Source: Patescibacteria group bacterium
Lineage (GTDB): Bacteria > Patescibacteriota > WWE3 > UBA101185 > UBA10185
Length of the DNA: 64,000 nt
Direction of reading: 5' to 3'
Assembly: GCA_041658075.1 (NCBI GenBank)
Contig: JBBAAW010000002.1
Location: 602-64,601 of the forward strand
Below are positions 11,097 through 20,688 of this stretch, piece after piece. Numbering within the stretch: position 1 is the first letter of the stretch; every line of letters starts with the position of its first letter. The notes below the pieces were generated by a model. That model searched no databases. It saw only the letters and a list, made by a program, of their open reading frames with translations, and had not been told where the DNA came from. A program made the translations under genes and the position numbers.

Positions 11097-12660
11097 AGGC
11101 TTAATAGTATCGGTTATATTGTTTTTGATTGCCTTACCTCTAATTTGGCAGATTAATTTTCCCCAAAACGACGATTGGGTTTACTACAAAATGGTTAAAA
11201 ACTTTATGAGTGGGAATTTTAAACTCGACCCTATTTCCGCACCCACCTTTTATTTTCAGGGAATTTTAGGCGCGGTTTTTTCTTTGATTTTTGAATTAAA
11301 GCGACTTCCCATTCTTACCTTACTTGTGAGCGTGGTAAATTTCTATCTGCTGTTTAAAATCCTCTCGAATTCAACCAAGCTCGGTACAAATATATCGATT
11401 GTTGTTGCCCTCATATGGTTTTTTAACCCGTTAAATGTCTATTCTTCATTAGGGTTTATGACAGAAAACTACCTGCTGTTGTGCATTTTGGCAAGTTTAT
11501 ACTTTTTTAACTTGTATATCGTCGACATGAAACCCCGGAACTTTTTACTATTTAATTTGTTCCTGTTCTTTGGACTCATGACTAAACAGTCGGCACTAGC
11601 TTTGGCGACATGTTATCCCGCGTATTTTCTGGTCAACAAAAAATGGCGACTTCTTGGCATACAAGCAATAATTTCCGTACTTCTTTTTATGTTTTATTTT
11701 CTAATCTTCCCAAAAACTGTGGAAATGTTTGAAAAACCTTTACAGTTTCATCATTTATACGACTTCGACTACCTAAAACAATTGACGCGGGCGCTGATTA
11801 TTTATATATCAGCTTTTTGTTTTCCATTATTGATTCTTTTGTTGTGTGGCCGCGATGTAATTAAAAAGCGCAAAAATCTCATCGTCACAATTCTCATTAT
11901 CACAGTATCCTTGGCCTTCTATTTTTTCGTTTTTAAAAACTTTAAACCCAACCGACTTGGATGGCAAGAGTTTTTTTACCTTGACAACATTTTAGAAAGA
12001 ACCGGATTTTACCCGCGGGGAATTATGGGAACCAAGTTTTATTTTAAAGGCATTTACGATCTTTATAGATATTGGGACATTACCGCTAAATTTTTTTCTG
12101 GGTTTGTACTTATTGGACTGTTTATGGCGTTAAGGAAAGTAAAAACTCACGCCCATTTGTTGATATTTATTTTTACCTACTCTGTATTAATGCTTTTGGC
12201 AGAAAAAGTGTATGACCGGTATCTTCCCCCATTATTCTTAGTGTTTATCCTCTTGATGGCGTCCAACTTTAATCCGCTGTTCCAAAATAGAAACTTACGA
12301 CGATTTTTATTTATCTTTTTATCGTCATTCCTAGCCTTCTTAATTTTCTATTCTTACCAATTCTCTATGGATTTTGTTTTGATCAATAAACATATCTGGA
12401 ATCGCTCTCTCCAAATTGTCGAGCAAGAAAAAATTCCGCCAAAGCTTATTAAGGGAACAAACGCGTGGAAACTTTCCGAGTTTAATATTGAAAGAAATTA
12501 TCTGTACGACTTTACATTCGACAATATTAAAGTCAACAAAAGGTACGACGAGCAGTACGACTTAATTGAAAGGCATCGAGTTGATTTTCCTGGTTCGCTT
12601 TTTGTGAATCCTTACATCTATTTATATAAAAAGAAGAATCTTGTTGATATAGTAATATAG
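11074..12660 (+). CDS. GT-C fold membrane glycosyltransferase
   Basis: NFPQNDDWVY acidic motif after TM1; FMTE; YDRYLPP; multi-pass protein. Confidence 0.7.
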   Translation: MWLKRIDKGLIVSVILFLIALPLIWQINFPQNDDWVYYKMVKNFMSGNFKLDPISAPTFYFQGILGAVFSLIFELKRLPILTLLVSVVNFYLLFKILSNSTKLGTNISIVVALIWFFNPLNVYSSLGFMTENYLLLCILASLYFFNLYIVDMKPRNFLLFNLFLFFGLMTKQSALALATCYPAYFLVNKKWRLLGIQAIISVLLFMFYFLIFPKTVEMFEKPLQFHHLYDFDYLKQLTRALIIYISAFCFPLLILLLCGRDVIKKRKNLIVTILIITVSLAFYFFVFKNFKPNRLGWQEFFYLDNILERTGFYPRGIMGTKFYFKGIYDLYRYWDITAKFFSGFVLIGLFMALRKVKTHAHLLIFIFTYSVLMLLAEKVYDRYLPPLFLVFILLMASNFNPLFQNRNLRRFLFIFLSSFLAFLIFYSYQFSMDFVLINKHIWNRSLQIVEQEKIPPKLIKGTNAWKLSEFNIERNYLYDFTFDNIKVNKRYDEQYDLIERHRVDFPGSLFVNPYIYLYKKKNLVDIVI

Positions 12661-12672
12661 CAGTACGACTTT

Positions 12673-13551
12673 ATGAAAAAATTGGCGATAATTATTGTTA
12701 ACTATAATACCAAAGATATTTTGCGTGACTGCCTAAAGAATCTTGAGCGACTTAATCTGCAAGATGTGCAAATCGTAGTTGTAGATAACGGATCAAAGGA
12801 TGGTTCCGCGGATATGATGGGGGCGGAATTTAAAAATGTCGATCTCATTAGAACGGAAAATAAAGGTTTAGCTGTGGGGTATAACCTCGGGATGACGCGA
12901 GCTACGGATGCCGATTACTATCTTTTTATGGGTACAGATGCCTTTCCAAAGCCGGGTTGTATTGAAGGTGTGATCGATTTCATTGAGGCTCGTAGCGAGG
13001 TTGGGATTGCTACGGCAAAATTGGTTTTGCGTAGCGGAGCGTTGGATATGGACGCACACAGAGGTTTTCCCATCCCATGGACGGCTTTAACACACTTTGC
13101 AGGACTGGATCGGCTGTTTCCCAAGTCACACATTTTTAATAAATACTTCTTAGGTTGGCACGACATGAGTAAGCCCCACGAAATTGATCTGTGTATAAGC
13201 CATTTTATGATGGTTAAAAAAGAGGTTTTTGATAAGGTTGAACCTTGGGATGAGGATTTTTTTGTGTATGGTGAGGATGTGGACTTTTGTTGGCGAGTTA
13301 AACAAGGTGGTTTCAAAATCTTCTATTTACCACAATTTGAATGTTTGCATTATAAAGGTGTTAGCGTGGGTATTAGAAAAGAAACTTCTGATGTAACTAA
13401 AGCCGACGATGCAACAAAGTCGCGAATGAAATCAGAAACTACCCACGCCATGCGACTCTTTTACCAAAAACACATGTATAGAAAATATCCTTGGATTATA
13501 AATAAAGTTGTCGAGCTCGGAATCACCGCCATTTCGTCGTCACGAAAATAA
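12673..13551 (+). CDS. GT2 family glycosyltransferase (WbbL/rhamnosyltransferase-like)
   Basis: IIIVNYN, VVDNGSKDGS and DEDFFVYGEDVDFCWR motifs. Confidence 0.85.
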   Translation: MKKLAIIIVNYNTKDILRDCLKNLERLNLQDVQIVVVDNGSKDGSADMMGAEFKNVDLIRTENKGLAVGYNLGMTRATDADYYLFMGTDAFPKPGCIEGVIDFIEARSEVGIATAKLVLRSGALDMDAHRGFPIPWTALTHFAGLDRLFPKSHIFNKYFLGWHDMSKPHEIDLCISHFMMVKKEVFDKVEPWDEDFFVYGEDVDFCWRVKQGGFKIFYLPQFECLHYKGVSVGIRKETSDVTKADDATKSRMKSETTHAMRLFYQKHMYRKYPWIINKVVELGITAISSSRK

Positions 13552-13576
13552 CGTCATACGAGACCGGTTCTTCTCG

Positions 13577-13915
13577 TCACTCCGCATTCCTCGCAGTATA
13601 TGCTTCGATAATTGCCACCACATCTCTTGCTATATATGGATTAAGCACATTACCAGACGGCGATACATACTCAACTTTTTCATCGTCAAATCTTGCACCA
13701 TCAACAATAGGTTTCAGAAAAGCTACTAGTTGTTTTAATTCTTCTTTCGATGGGTATTTCGTCATTAGATTATCTGCCCTTTCAGCCACCTTCTGAAATA
13801 CCGCACTTTCCGGCTCTGCATAAGGTAATTCTTTCGCCTCCGCTTCAGTAATACCAAGCGCATCTGCAACAACTTTTGGACCTAGATTTTCATTGGATAG
13901 TCTTTCCTCTTTCAT
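13577..13915 (-). CDS. Hypothetical protein
   Basis: 112-aa ORF with AGAAAGGA SD-like sequence upstream; no family recognised. Confidence 0.55.
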   Translation of the reverse strand: MKEERLSNENLGPKVVADALGITEAEAKELPYAEPESAVFQKVAERADNLMTKYPSKEELKQLVAFLKPIVDGARFDDEKVEYVSPSGNVLNPYIARDVVAIIEAYTARNAE

Positions 13916-13966
13916 AATATCCTTTCTTAAATTAACACTAAATATAGTTAATCAAATAGCGCTTAT

Positions 13967-15262
13967 TTAGTCAATCGCAGAGTCATCTAGCTCTAAGGTT
14001 TTCTGTTTTCCTGTATTAAGGTTTTTTACAGTCATCACGCCTTTTTCTAGTTCCTCCTCACCTATTATTACTACTTGAGGAATCCCTTTTTTGTCTGCGT
14101 ATTTTAATTGTTTTTCCAGTTTGGTGCCAGTATCCAACCAGCAGACTACATTTTTTCCTTGCGCTCTTAGCTTCTCAGCAACTTCAAGTGACTTAAGGAG
14201 AAATTTTGAGTCGTCAGAAGGCCAAACGGTTACTAAATAATCAACTTCGCTTTTAAACTGGGGCAATAAATTCCAACCCGTTAAAAACTCCAAAAGCGTG
14301 TAATCCCCCATAGCAAAGCCTGTGGAAGGAAGTTCGTAGTCGCCAAAAATATTTATTAGCTTATCAAATCTCTCACCTCCAAAAATTGAGCGGCGATTAT
14401 TAGGATTATTGTCAAAAACCTCGTAAACCAAGCCGTCGCTATAATCAAAACCTCTGATGATGGCTGCGTCAAATTTAACTGATCCGTCAATTCCCACATC
14501 CTTTAAATATCCAAATAACTTTTGGAGTGCCTGGTACCCCGCGTTACCTTTAGGAATATTTAGACCTTCAAAATCGCTGGACATAAACTGCTCGACTTCT
14601 CTAATTTGCGACTCACTTAACCCCAAATCCGTAAGACTGGCCGTAAAATCTTCGGCCGACAATTTTTCCCGCTTATCCATCAGTCGTCTAACTTTTGATT
14701 GGACTTCGGTATTGAGCTTAAGGACTTCATTAAGGAGCGCGTTTACCAAGCGTCGATCGCTTACCTTAATTTGATACATCTCCTCCTTGGCGCTAAAAGC
14801 CCTCATTATCGCCACAATTAGCTGGAAAATCTCAAAATCCGCTTCCACACCACTCACGCCAAATATATTAGCCTCCAGCTGGTAAAACTCTCGACCTCTG
14901 CCCGTTTGGGGCTTTTCATAGCGCCAATTATTACCGATCATAAACCATTTAATAGGCTGGGGTGTTTCCTTATACTTTTGTGCAATCATTCTAACTGTTC
15001 CTGGTGTTAACTCGGGTCGGATAGCGATCTTGCGACCCCCTTTGTCCTCAAAAGAATACAACTGCTCGTTAACAATCTCCTCACCTGTTTTGGACGCAAA
15101 AATCTCAAACGGTTCTATAATGGGAAAGCTGTACTCCTCAAAGCCAAAGCTCTTGCAAACCTTACGCCAAGTGTCAAAAATATAATTCTCCACCTGCATG
15201 TCCTGCGGGTAAAAATCTCTGGCTCCTTTATATGGCTGTGTTAATAATTTATTCTGCAGCAT
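13967..15262 (-). CDS. hisS: Histidine--tRNA ligase
   Basis: KGARDF, RPELT, WRYEKPQTGRGREFYQ, RGFDY and a C-terminal anticodon-binding domain (KQLKYADKKG). Confidence 0.95.
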   Translation of the reverse strand: MLQNKLLTQPYKGARDFYPQDMQVENYIFDTWRKVCKSFGFEEYSFPIIEPFEIFASKTGEEIVNEQLYSFEDKGGRKIAIRPELTPGTVRMIAQKYKETPQPIKWFMIGNNWRYEKPQTGRGREFYQLEANIFGVSGVEADFEIFQLIVAIMRAFSAKEEMYQIKVSDRRLVNALLNEVLKLNTEVQSKVRRLMDKREKLSAEDFTASLTDLGLSESQIREVEQFMSSDFEGLNIPKGNAGYQALQKLFGYLKDVGIDGSVKFDAAIIRGFDYSDGLVYEVFDNNPNNRRSIFGGERFDKLINIFGDYELPSTGFAMGDYTLLEFLTGWNLLPQFKSEVDYLVTVWPSDDSKFLLKSLEVAEKLRAQGKNVVCWLDTGTKLEKQLKYADKKGIPQVVIIGEEELEKGVMTVKNLNTGKQKTLELDDSAID

Positions 15263-15274
15263 ACATCAAGTATA

Positions 15275-15483
15275 CTATCTAGCCAAGACTTCGTAAAACT
15301 TTTTAGCCTGTTTTACCACATCACACTCAAATTCAATCTTACGCTTAGCTCTCTGTAGAATCTCGTCGATATTAATTCTTCCCGTAGAAAGTTTTTCCCT
15401 ATATCGCGTTTTTTCGCGGATCGCCGTAGTTACAATGTTTCTCGTATTACAATATAAATCGCTTTACTGGGAGACCCGCTATT
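15275..15483 (-). pseudogene. Probable GT4 glycosyltransferase C-terminal remnant
   Basis: Minus strand reads ..IAGLPV.., then after a frame break ..DEILQRAKRKIEFECDVVKQAKKFYEVLAR*, resembling the GT4 EAMAxGLPV motif and terminal helix; no start codon. Confidence 0.4.
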
Positions 15484-15501
15484 ACACAGGGTCGTAAATT
15501 T

Positions 15502-16239
15502 TTATACTTTTACAGATTTCACAAAAATCGAAGGTCCAAAGTTTATGAAACCAAAAGGCTTCTGCAATAGATTTTCTAGAATCAGCAGTGATTCTTTGGA
15601 TAATGTTTTCTTCACCGCGTCGTTCCTAAAATTAGAAACCGAAAGCTTTTCCACCACTCTAAAACTATTACTTTTTAAGGACTTCTCCACAAAATCCGGA
15701 TGAAAATTCAAAAATGTTACATCTTTGCTAGCGCGACTTATCGAGTCAGTTTTAAAATAGCCAAAATTAAACTTAGCAACATTTTTAACTGCCGACTTAA
15801 TGTGCATTTTATTAGCAAACTCCAAGATAAACACTCCGCCAGGTAAAAGTAGCTCGCTAATTTCATGAAAAGCTTTTCCCAAGTCGTCCAAATGGTGCGC
15901 AACTCTTACCATAACCACACAGTCAAACTTATCCAGCCCATATTGTGAAAGCTTGTAAAGGTTGCCTTCCTGCGTTTTTATGGCAACTCCTAGAGATTTG
16001 GCGCGATTTCGCGCCTGTGAAAGTATCTTGTTTGACTGGTCAAAAATCACGATTTCTTCAAACCGTCCCTTATACACAGGAATAAGCCTTCCAAAGCCCC
16101 CACCCGCGTCCAGAATTCGTTTCCCTTTGTTTGGTAGCATCTTTGCCAGGGCGGTAATTTCACTGGCGTTTTCGTAATCGCGACCCTCCCAGTATTTAAT
16201 GTAGTCATAAGTTTTATCGTTGTAATCAGGTCTTTGCAT
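15502..16239 (-). CDS. Class I SAM-dependent methyltransferase
   Basis: ILDAGGGFGR motif I. The ORF-track start (16296) lies inside tRNA-Arg, so ATG 16239 is the likely start. Confidence 0.8.
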   Translation of the reverse strand: MQRPDYNDKTYDYIKYWEGRDYENASEITALAKMLPNKGKRILDAGGGFGRLIPVYKGRFEEIVIFDQSNKILSQARNRAKSLGVAIKTQEGNLYKLSQYGLDKFDCVVMVRVAHHLDDLGKAFHEISELLLPGGVFILEFANKMHIKSAVKNVAKFNFGYFKTDSISRASKDVTFLNFHPDFVEKSLKSNSFRVVEKLSVSNFRNDAVKKTLSKESLLILENLLQKPFGFINFGPSIFVKSVKV

Positions 16240-16245
16240 AGTATT

Positions 16246-16323
16246 TGGTGCGCCTGGAGGGACTTGAACCCCCACATAACCTTGTTCCGAAGACAAGTGC
16301 CCTATCCATTAGGCCACAGGCGC
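16246..16323 (-). tRNA. tRNA-Arg(UCG), complete
   Basis: GCGCCTG/CAGGCGC acceptor stem, CTTGT-CT-TCG-GA-ACAAG anticodon arm, GGTTCAAGTCC T arm, ACCA end. Confidence 0.93.
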
Positions 16324-16764
16324 GCAATTTAATCGCCAACTACTACCTTCTTTTTGTGTTTTTTTTCTATGACAATTTGCACACCTAACCTCACATTTTG
16401 ACATCTCTTCCGCCAACCTCTCGTGCGGTACACTTTTCTTAATAAGATCACTGATACTAAATTCCTTCTTATGTTTATCCTTGTGATCAAACTCTAATAC
16501 TAACACGTCCTTTTCACCGCAATCGATGCAAGGATTAGATCTCAGGAAAGACTCTACAAATTTAAAATGCTTTTGTCTAATCCCTAACCTACTTTTTCTA
16601 GCCTTATCCAGATAGTACCTCTTATTCTTTAGATAGTGCTCTTTTATATAATCGCGAGAGCACCTCCTGCAATAGTAGGCTCGCTTCACATCTCTAATTT
16701 TCCAATTAAAATCTGTATCCTCTAATAACTGTTTACAACGAGTACATCTCCTCATTGCTAGCAA
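16309..16764 (-). CDS. HNH endonuclease (phage-type, Zn-binding)
   Basis: N-terminal CxxC...CxxC; CIDCGE...LEFDH and CEVRCANCHRKKT HNH/His-Cys motifs. The stop codon lies inside tRNA-Arg. Confidence 0.8.
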   Translation of the reverse strand: MLAMRRCTRCKQLLEDTDFNWKIRDVKRAYYCRRCSRDYIKEHYLKNKRYYLDKARKSRLGIRQKHFKFVESFLRSNPCIDCGEKDVLVLEFDHKDKHKKEFSISDLIKKSVPHERLAEEMSKCEVRCANCHRKKTQKEGSSWRLNCAPVA

Positions 16765-16801
16765 TGATACACAACATGTTCTTCGAAATCAATTCCAGAT
16801 A

Positions 16802-16839
16802 CCGAAGCGAAGCGCTCTAATCCGCTGAGTTACGAAAGC
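16802..16839 (-). pseudogene. 5' half of a second tRNA-Arg(UCG), truncated after position 37
   Basis: GCTTTCG-TA-ACTC-AGCGGATTA-GAGC-G-CTTCG-CT-TCG-G followed by unrelated sequence; no T arm or 3' acceptor strand seen nearby; TGATAAAAT -10 box upstream. Confidence 0.75.
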
Positions 16840-16886
16840 ACACCTTACGTCCCATTTTATCACGAATTGTGTGTTAGAATTTATAG

Positions 16887-17375
16887 GTGAATACATTTGT
16901 AAACATAAAAAGTCGCAAAATACCAATATCGACAGTGTTAAAAGTCGCTTATTTAATTTTCTTGGTAACAACAATTTTTTATGTAAAAAGCGTTTTGGAT
17001 GTAGATTCTTTTAAAGCTACGGAAAAAGCCGTTGAAAAACCCACCGTTAAAGTAAAAAATGTGTCAGTAAATTTGCTATTAGAAGTCGAGCAGGAAACAA
17101 AAGAATACAAAGCAGAACTAAGAAATATTGACACCGTGGAAGACTTCTTGAAGGAGTTACGGAATAAACAGGGTCTATACTATGAAAAAGATATTTATAC
17201 CTACGGAGTGGAAATTGTAAGTGTTTTTGACAAAGAACCTGTTGGCGATAAAAAGTGGGCGGTTTTGTTGGATGACAAGAATATAACAAATAAGATTTCG
17301 GATGAATATTTGGTCGACGGTGCTATTTACACATTAAAACAGGTTGCTTTGGTTGCTAACGCCTCCTCGCAATGA
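16887..17375 (+). CDS. Membrane-anchored DUF4430-like (beta-grasp) protein
   Basis: N-terminal TM; YGVEIVSVF...KWAVLLDDK...DEYLVDG pattern. Confidence 0.5.
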   Translation: MNTFVNIKSRKIPISTVLKVAYLIFLVTTIFYVKSVLDVDSFKATEKAVEKPTVKVKNVSVNLLLEVEQETKEYKAELRNIDTVEDFLKELRNKQGLYYEKDIYTYGVEIVSVFDKEPVGDKKWAVLLDDKNITNKISDEYLVDGAIYTLKQVALVANASSQ

Positions 17376-17397
17376 CGGTTTTAGCTATAGCGATGAA

Positions 17398-17650
17398 TTA
17401 TTCGTAACGGAGCGCAACAATAGGATCCAAGCGAGAGGCGCGAATAGCGGGAGCCACGCCAAAGACCACCCCAATAAAAGCAGAAACCGCAAAAGAAAGC
17501 CCAACAAAGAAACTCCAGAAAAACTTTATGCCTTCCTCCTGCGACTTAACCGAAAATTCATCTTTTTTCATTTGTCTAAGAAGCGTTCTTTCTATGTCGC
17601 GTTGAACTTTTTTTAATACTGTCGTATCTTGAGTTTTTACTAAAATATAT
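17398..17650 (-). pseudogene. Remnant of a MacB/FtsX-like ABC permease
   Basis: Ends with the hallmark IGVVFGVAPAIRASRLDPIVALRYE, joined directly to a periplasmic DEFSVKSQEE segment; most of the gene is deleted. Confidence 0.7.
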
Positions 17651-17711
17651 GTAGGTCGATCGATTTGAAATCGCTGTTTGATTATACCTTTAAGCTGTGT
17701 ATTATATAAGC

Positions 17712-18095
17712 GTGGGAAGATTAATTTCAAGTCATCATCCTAAGCGACAATTAAAAAGCTTTAAGTACGCCCTACGAGGAATTTTACACGCTACTGTTAA
17801 TGAGGCAAATTTCAGAACCCAATTGGCAATTGCTTTAGTTTCTATTATCGCGGGTTTTTTTTATCGAATTCAGCTTGTGGAGTGGATCGCCTTAATAGTG
17901 GTTTGCGGAATGCTTCTTTCTGCCGAACTTATCAATACGGCTATTGAGGAATTTATCGACCATTTAATTCACGAACATCACGAAGGCGCGCGGGTGATAA
18001 AAGACTTATCTGCTGGTTATGTTTTAACTACGGCGATTTGTGCTTTAGCGGTTTTTTTGCTAGTCTTTGTACCAAAAATCTTTCAACGTATATAA
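17712..18095 (+). CDS. dgkA: Diacylglycerol/undecaprenol kinase family protein
   Basis: SFKYALRGI, ELINTAIE and IKDLSAG motifs; GTG start chosen downstream of a -10-like box. Confidence 0.85.
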   Translation: MGRLISSHHPKRQLKSFKYALRGILHATVNEANFRTQLAIALVSIIAGFFYRIQLVEWIALIVVCGMLLSAELINTAIEEFIDHLIHEHHEGARVIKDLSAGYVLTTAICALAVFLLVFVPKIFQRI

Positions 18096-18573
18096 CAGCG
18101 CCAAGATAAAGTAGCCCGAACAGATAACCAGACACCACATCTTTAACAAAATGCGCACCAAGTAAAATACGGGATATTCCAATAAAAACAATCATAAAGG
18201 CGAAAAAAAACCGCGTTACGTGCCGAGTAACTTTATCGACACCCTTTAATTTAAACGATAGATAAAGCAAGTAACCAAAAAATGCCGTGTATAAAACCGT
18301 GTGGGTGCTGGGAAATGAATAAATCTCCGATTTTAATACCCGCTCCCAAGGAATAAACCCATCCGATATATATCCTATCGGCCTCTGCTCATTAAAAAGA
18401 TATTTCAGGAGAGAGCTGTATAACCCTGATGCTAGGCTAAGTGCTAAAGCAAGTAATCGCAAATAGTCCTGTCGAATAATTAAAAAAAGAGCAACAAAAA
18501 ACGCCATAACAAATATAATCGGCGAACTTCCCACCACGCTCACTTCTTTAATCGATCCAATTAGAATATCCAT
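18028..18573 (-). CDS. PAP2 family phosphatase
   Basis: K...RP, SFPSTH and SRILLGAHFVKDV motifs. Confidence 0.85.
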   Translation of the reverse strand: MDILIGSIKEVSVVGSSPIIFVMAFFVALFLIIRQDYLRLLALALSLASGLYSSLLKYLFNEQRPIGYISDGFIPWERVLKSEIYSFPSTHTVLYTAFFGYLLYLSFKLKGVDKVTRHVTRFFFAFMIVFIGISRILLGAHFVKDVVSGYLFGLLYLGAVIYVERFLVQRLAKKPLKHKSP

Positions 18574-18609
18574 GACAAGATTATAGCAAGTAAGTTCCGT
18601 CGTGATGGT

Positions 18610-20676
18610 TTAACAATAAAATATCACAAGTTGGTTCATGGCGCGGGTTACAGCTACGTAATTCTTTTTGGCTTCAAAAAGATCTGCGGGGTTTTTGTTC
18701 ATGCCTACAACATAAACCTTGGCGAATTCCAATCCCTTGCAGTTCTCAAACATGGTCAAATAAACACCTTTGGGAGTATAAAAAATACGATCCTTGGGAT
18801 CTAAAACAATCAACCTTTCTTTTAATGTTTCGCGGTAATTTTTCTCTAAAAGATCTTGTATCGTTAGAAAATCCTTCTGGTCGTAGCAAATAATGCCAAT
18901 ACTCTTATCTAAAAACTTTAATTCCTGCGACAAGTGAGAATATACCTCGTCGATTATGTTATCTGCGGCTGCGTCTATCTCAACCACTTCCACGCCTTTT
19001 CTGTTTATCGACTGGGGCAAAAAATTTGAACTATATTTAGAGATAATGTTACAAGCAAAATCAATGATGGGTTTGGTGCTCCTGTAGTTAGTAGTAAGCT
19101 CAAACTTTTTGCGTTCCTTGGCATCTGTTATAACCTCCTCCACCTCTTCCCAATCATTCAAACCTGCTTTTATGTAAGACTGATTTAAGTCGCCTAAAAT
19201 GCAAAAACGGCCTCGTAGTACAAGCTTATTTAAAACCAAATATTCAAGCAAAGAAAAATCCTGACCTTCATCAACCACGCAATATTCAAACTTCTTAAAT
19301 TTGGGAATTCCAAGAACATTAGCATACAGATACACAAATTTAAGTGCATCCACATAATCTAATTTCTGCTTTAAATTAATGTCAAACGACTTTAGGAATG
19401 ATGGGAAGACGGCAACCCTTAAGTTATTAAGAATCTTTCTAACTCCCCTTAGGAGGCACTTAAGTGCCTTAATATTATTTAAGCATTTAACCTCAAACGA
19501 CCCCGTTGCCCCCGCGTCAAGTTTTTCCTTTTGATACTTGATTTCCTCCTCTAAATCTTCTACCAACATAAGCAAATTTTCCTGGGCCGACATATCCGAA
19601 TCATATATAAAGCTAAAGTACGACGAATAAACCGGATTTTGTGCTAACAGCTCAGTTTGTTCCTCCACGCCTTTTCTTATTTCCTCTACCGAAGCTTGCA
19701 GATTACCAATTACCTTGCTGTCGATTCTCTCCATACCGCTTTCGTCGCTCAAATTCAAATTAACCTTTATCTCATGCGCAAAAACTATCCTAATAAGCAG
19801 GTCTTTTAAAGTACCGTAATTTAGGTCAAAAATGCCTAGTTTAGGAAAAAGTGTAGAGAGATAGCCCACCAAAATCTGATTTCTAGCTACCAAAAGCGAA
19901 TTTTGCGGACGGATAATGCCCGCGTAATTAAAAAATATGTGTGACAGCTTATGAATAGCCACGGTGGATTTCCCGCTACCCACACAACCCTGAACCACGC
20001 AAACGCCCCGCGGATCGTGTTCGATAATCTCCATCTGGCTTTCTTGAATGGTGGCAACAATGTCTTCTAAAACCCCGCCCGAGCGTTTAGAAATTTTTTC
20101 GCTAATAATCTCGTTTTCATCCAATTGGATGTCGTTATTGTAAAATTTAAGAAGTCCCCCGTTATCAAATTCAAAAGTTCTTTTTAAGTGCAGATCCCTT
20201 GTAACCTGCTCGTCTTCCGTGTCGTACTTAACATTTTTTTGCGGATATCTATATTTATAGTAAATGGAGGCAATTTTTGCCCGCCAGTCCGTGATTAGAC
20301 CCGGTACACCAAATTTCCCAATATAAATCTTATCGCTGTGGTTATCTGTAGGACTACAGAGATCGATCCTGGAAAAATACGGCTCGGCAAGCAGATACCC
20401 AAACTCCTCTAACTGCGTAAATTTGTCCTTAAAATTAAAGGCTTGATTTTGCGCGTGCAAATTCTCAATAAACATAAAAAGGTCGGTGGGGTTGGCTTCC
20501 GCGTTGTCGCGCAGGTCTTTTAGTTTACGTAAATTCTCCTCGCCCATGTAGTTTAGGGCTTTTTCCAATCGCACCTTTATTTCTTTTATTTGACTTAAAG
20601 TAAAGTTAGCGCGACTTTTCTCTTCTAAAAACTCGCTTTGGTATTGTTGTAGCGGATCAACTAAATTTTGTGCCAT
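18610..20676 (-). CDS. HelD-like SF1 (UvrD-family) helicase / RNA polymerase recycling factor
   Basis: EPYFSRID, DWRAKIAS, DIVATIQ, GCVGSGKS Walker A, VVDEGQD, GDLNQ, NYRST, KGLEF and YVAVTRA motifs. Confidence 0.8.
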   Translation of the reverse strand: MAQNLVDPLQQYQSEFLEEKSRANFTLSQIKEIKVRLEKALNYMGEENLRKLKDLRDNAEANPTDLFMFIENLHAQNQAFNFKDKFTQLEEFGYLLAEPYFSRIDLCSPTDNHSDKIYIGKFGVPGLITDWRAKIASIYYKYRYPQKNVKYDTEDEQVTRDLHLKRTFEFDNGGLLKFYNNDIQLDENEIISEKISKRSGGVLEDIVATIQESQMEIIEHDPRGVCVVQGCVGSGKSTVAIHKLSHIFFNYAGIIRPQNSLLVARNQILVGYLSTLFPKLGIFDLNYGTLKDLLIRIVFAHEIKVNLNLSDESGMERIDSKVIGNLQASVEEIRKGVEEQTELLAQNPVYSSYFSFIYDSDMSAQENLLMLVEDLEEEIKYQKEKLDAGATGSFEVKCLNNIKALKCLLRGVRKILNNLRVAVFPSFLKSFDINLKQKLDYVDALKFVYLYANVLGIPKFKKFEYCVVDEGQDFSLLEYLVLNKLVLRGRFCILGDLNQSYIKAGLNDWEEVEEVITDAKERKKFELTTNYRSTKPIIDFACNIISKYSSNFLPQSINRKGVEVVEIDAAADNIIDEVYSHLSQELKFLDKSIGIICYDQKDFLTIQDLLEKNYRETLKERLIVLDPKDRIFYTPKGVYLTMFENCKGLEFAKVYVVGMNKNPADLFEAKKNYVAVTRAMNQLVIFYC

Positions 20677-20688
20677 CGTAACCGTTTA

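Noticed and set aside
16324-16801. Group I intron with internal HNH inside tRNA-Arg
   Set aside because: No 3' exon complementary to the upstream half, and almost no non-coding sequence is left for a ribozyme core; the downstream tRNA is complete by itself.
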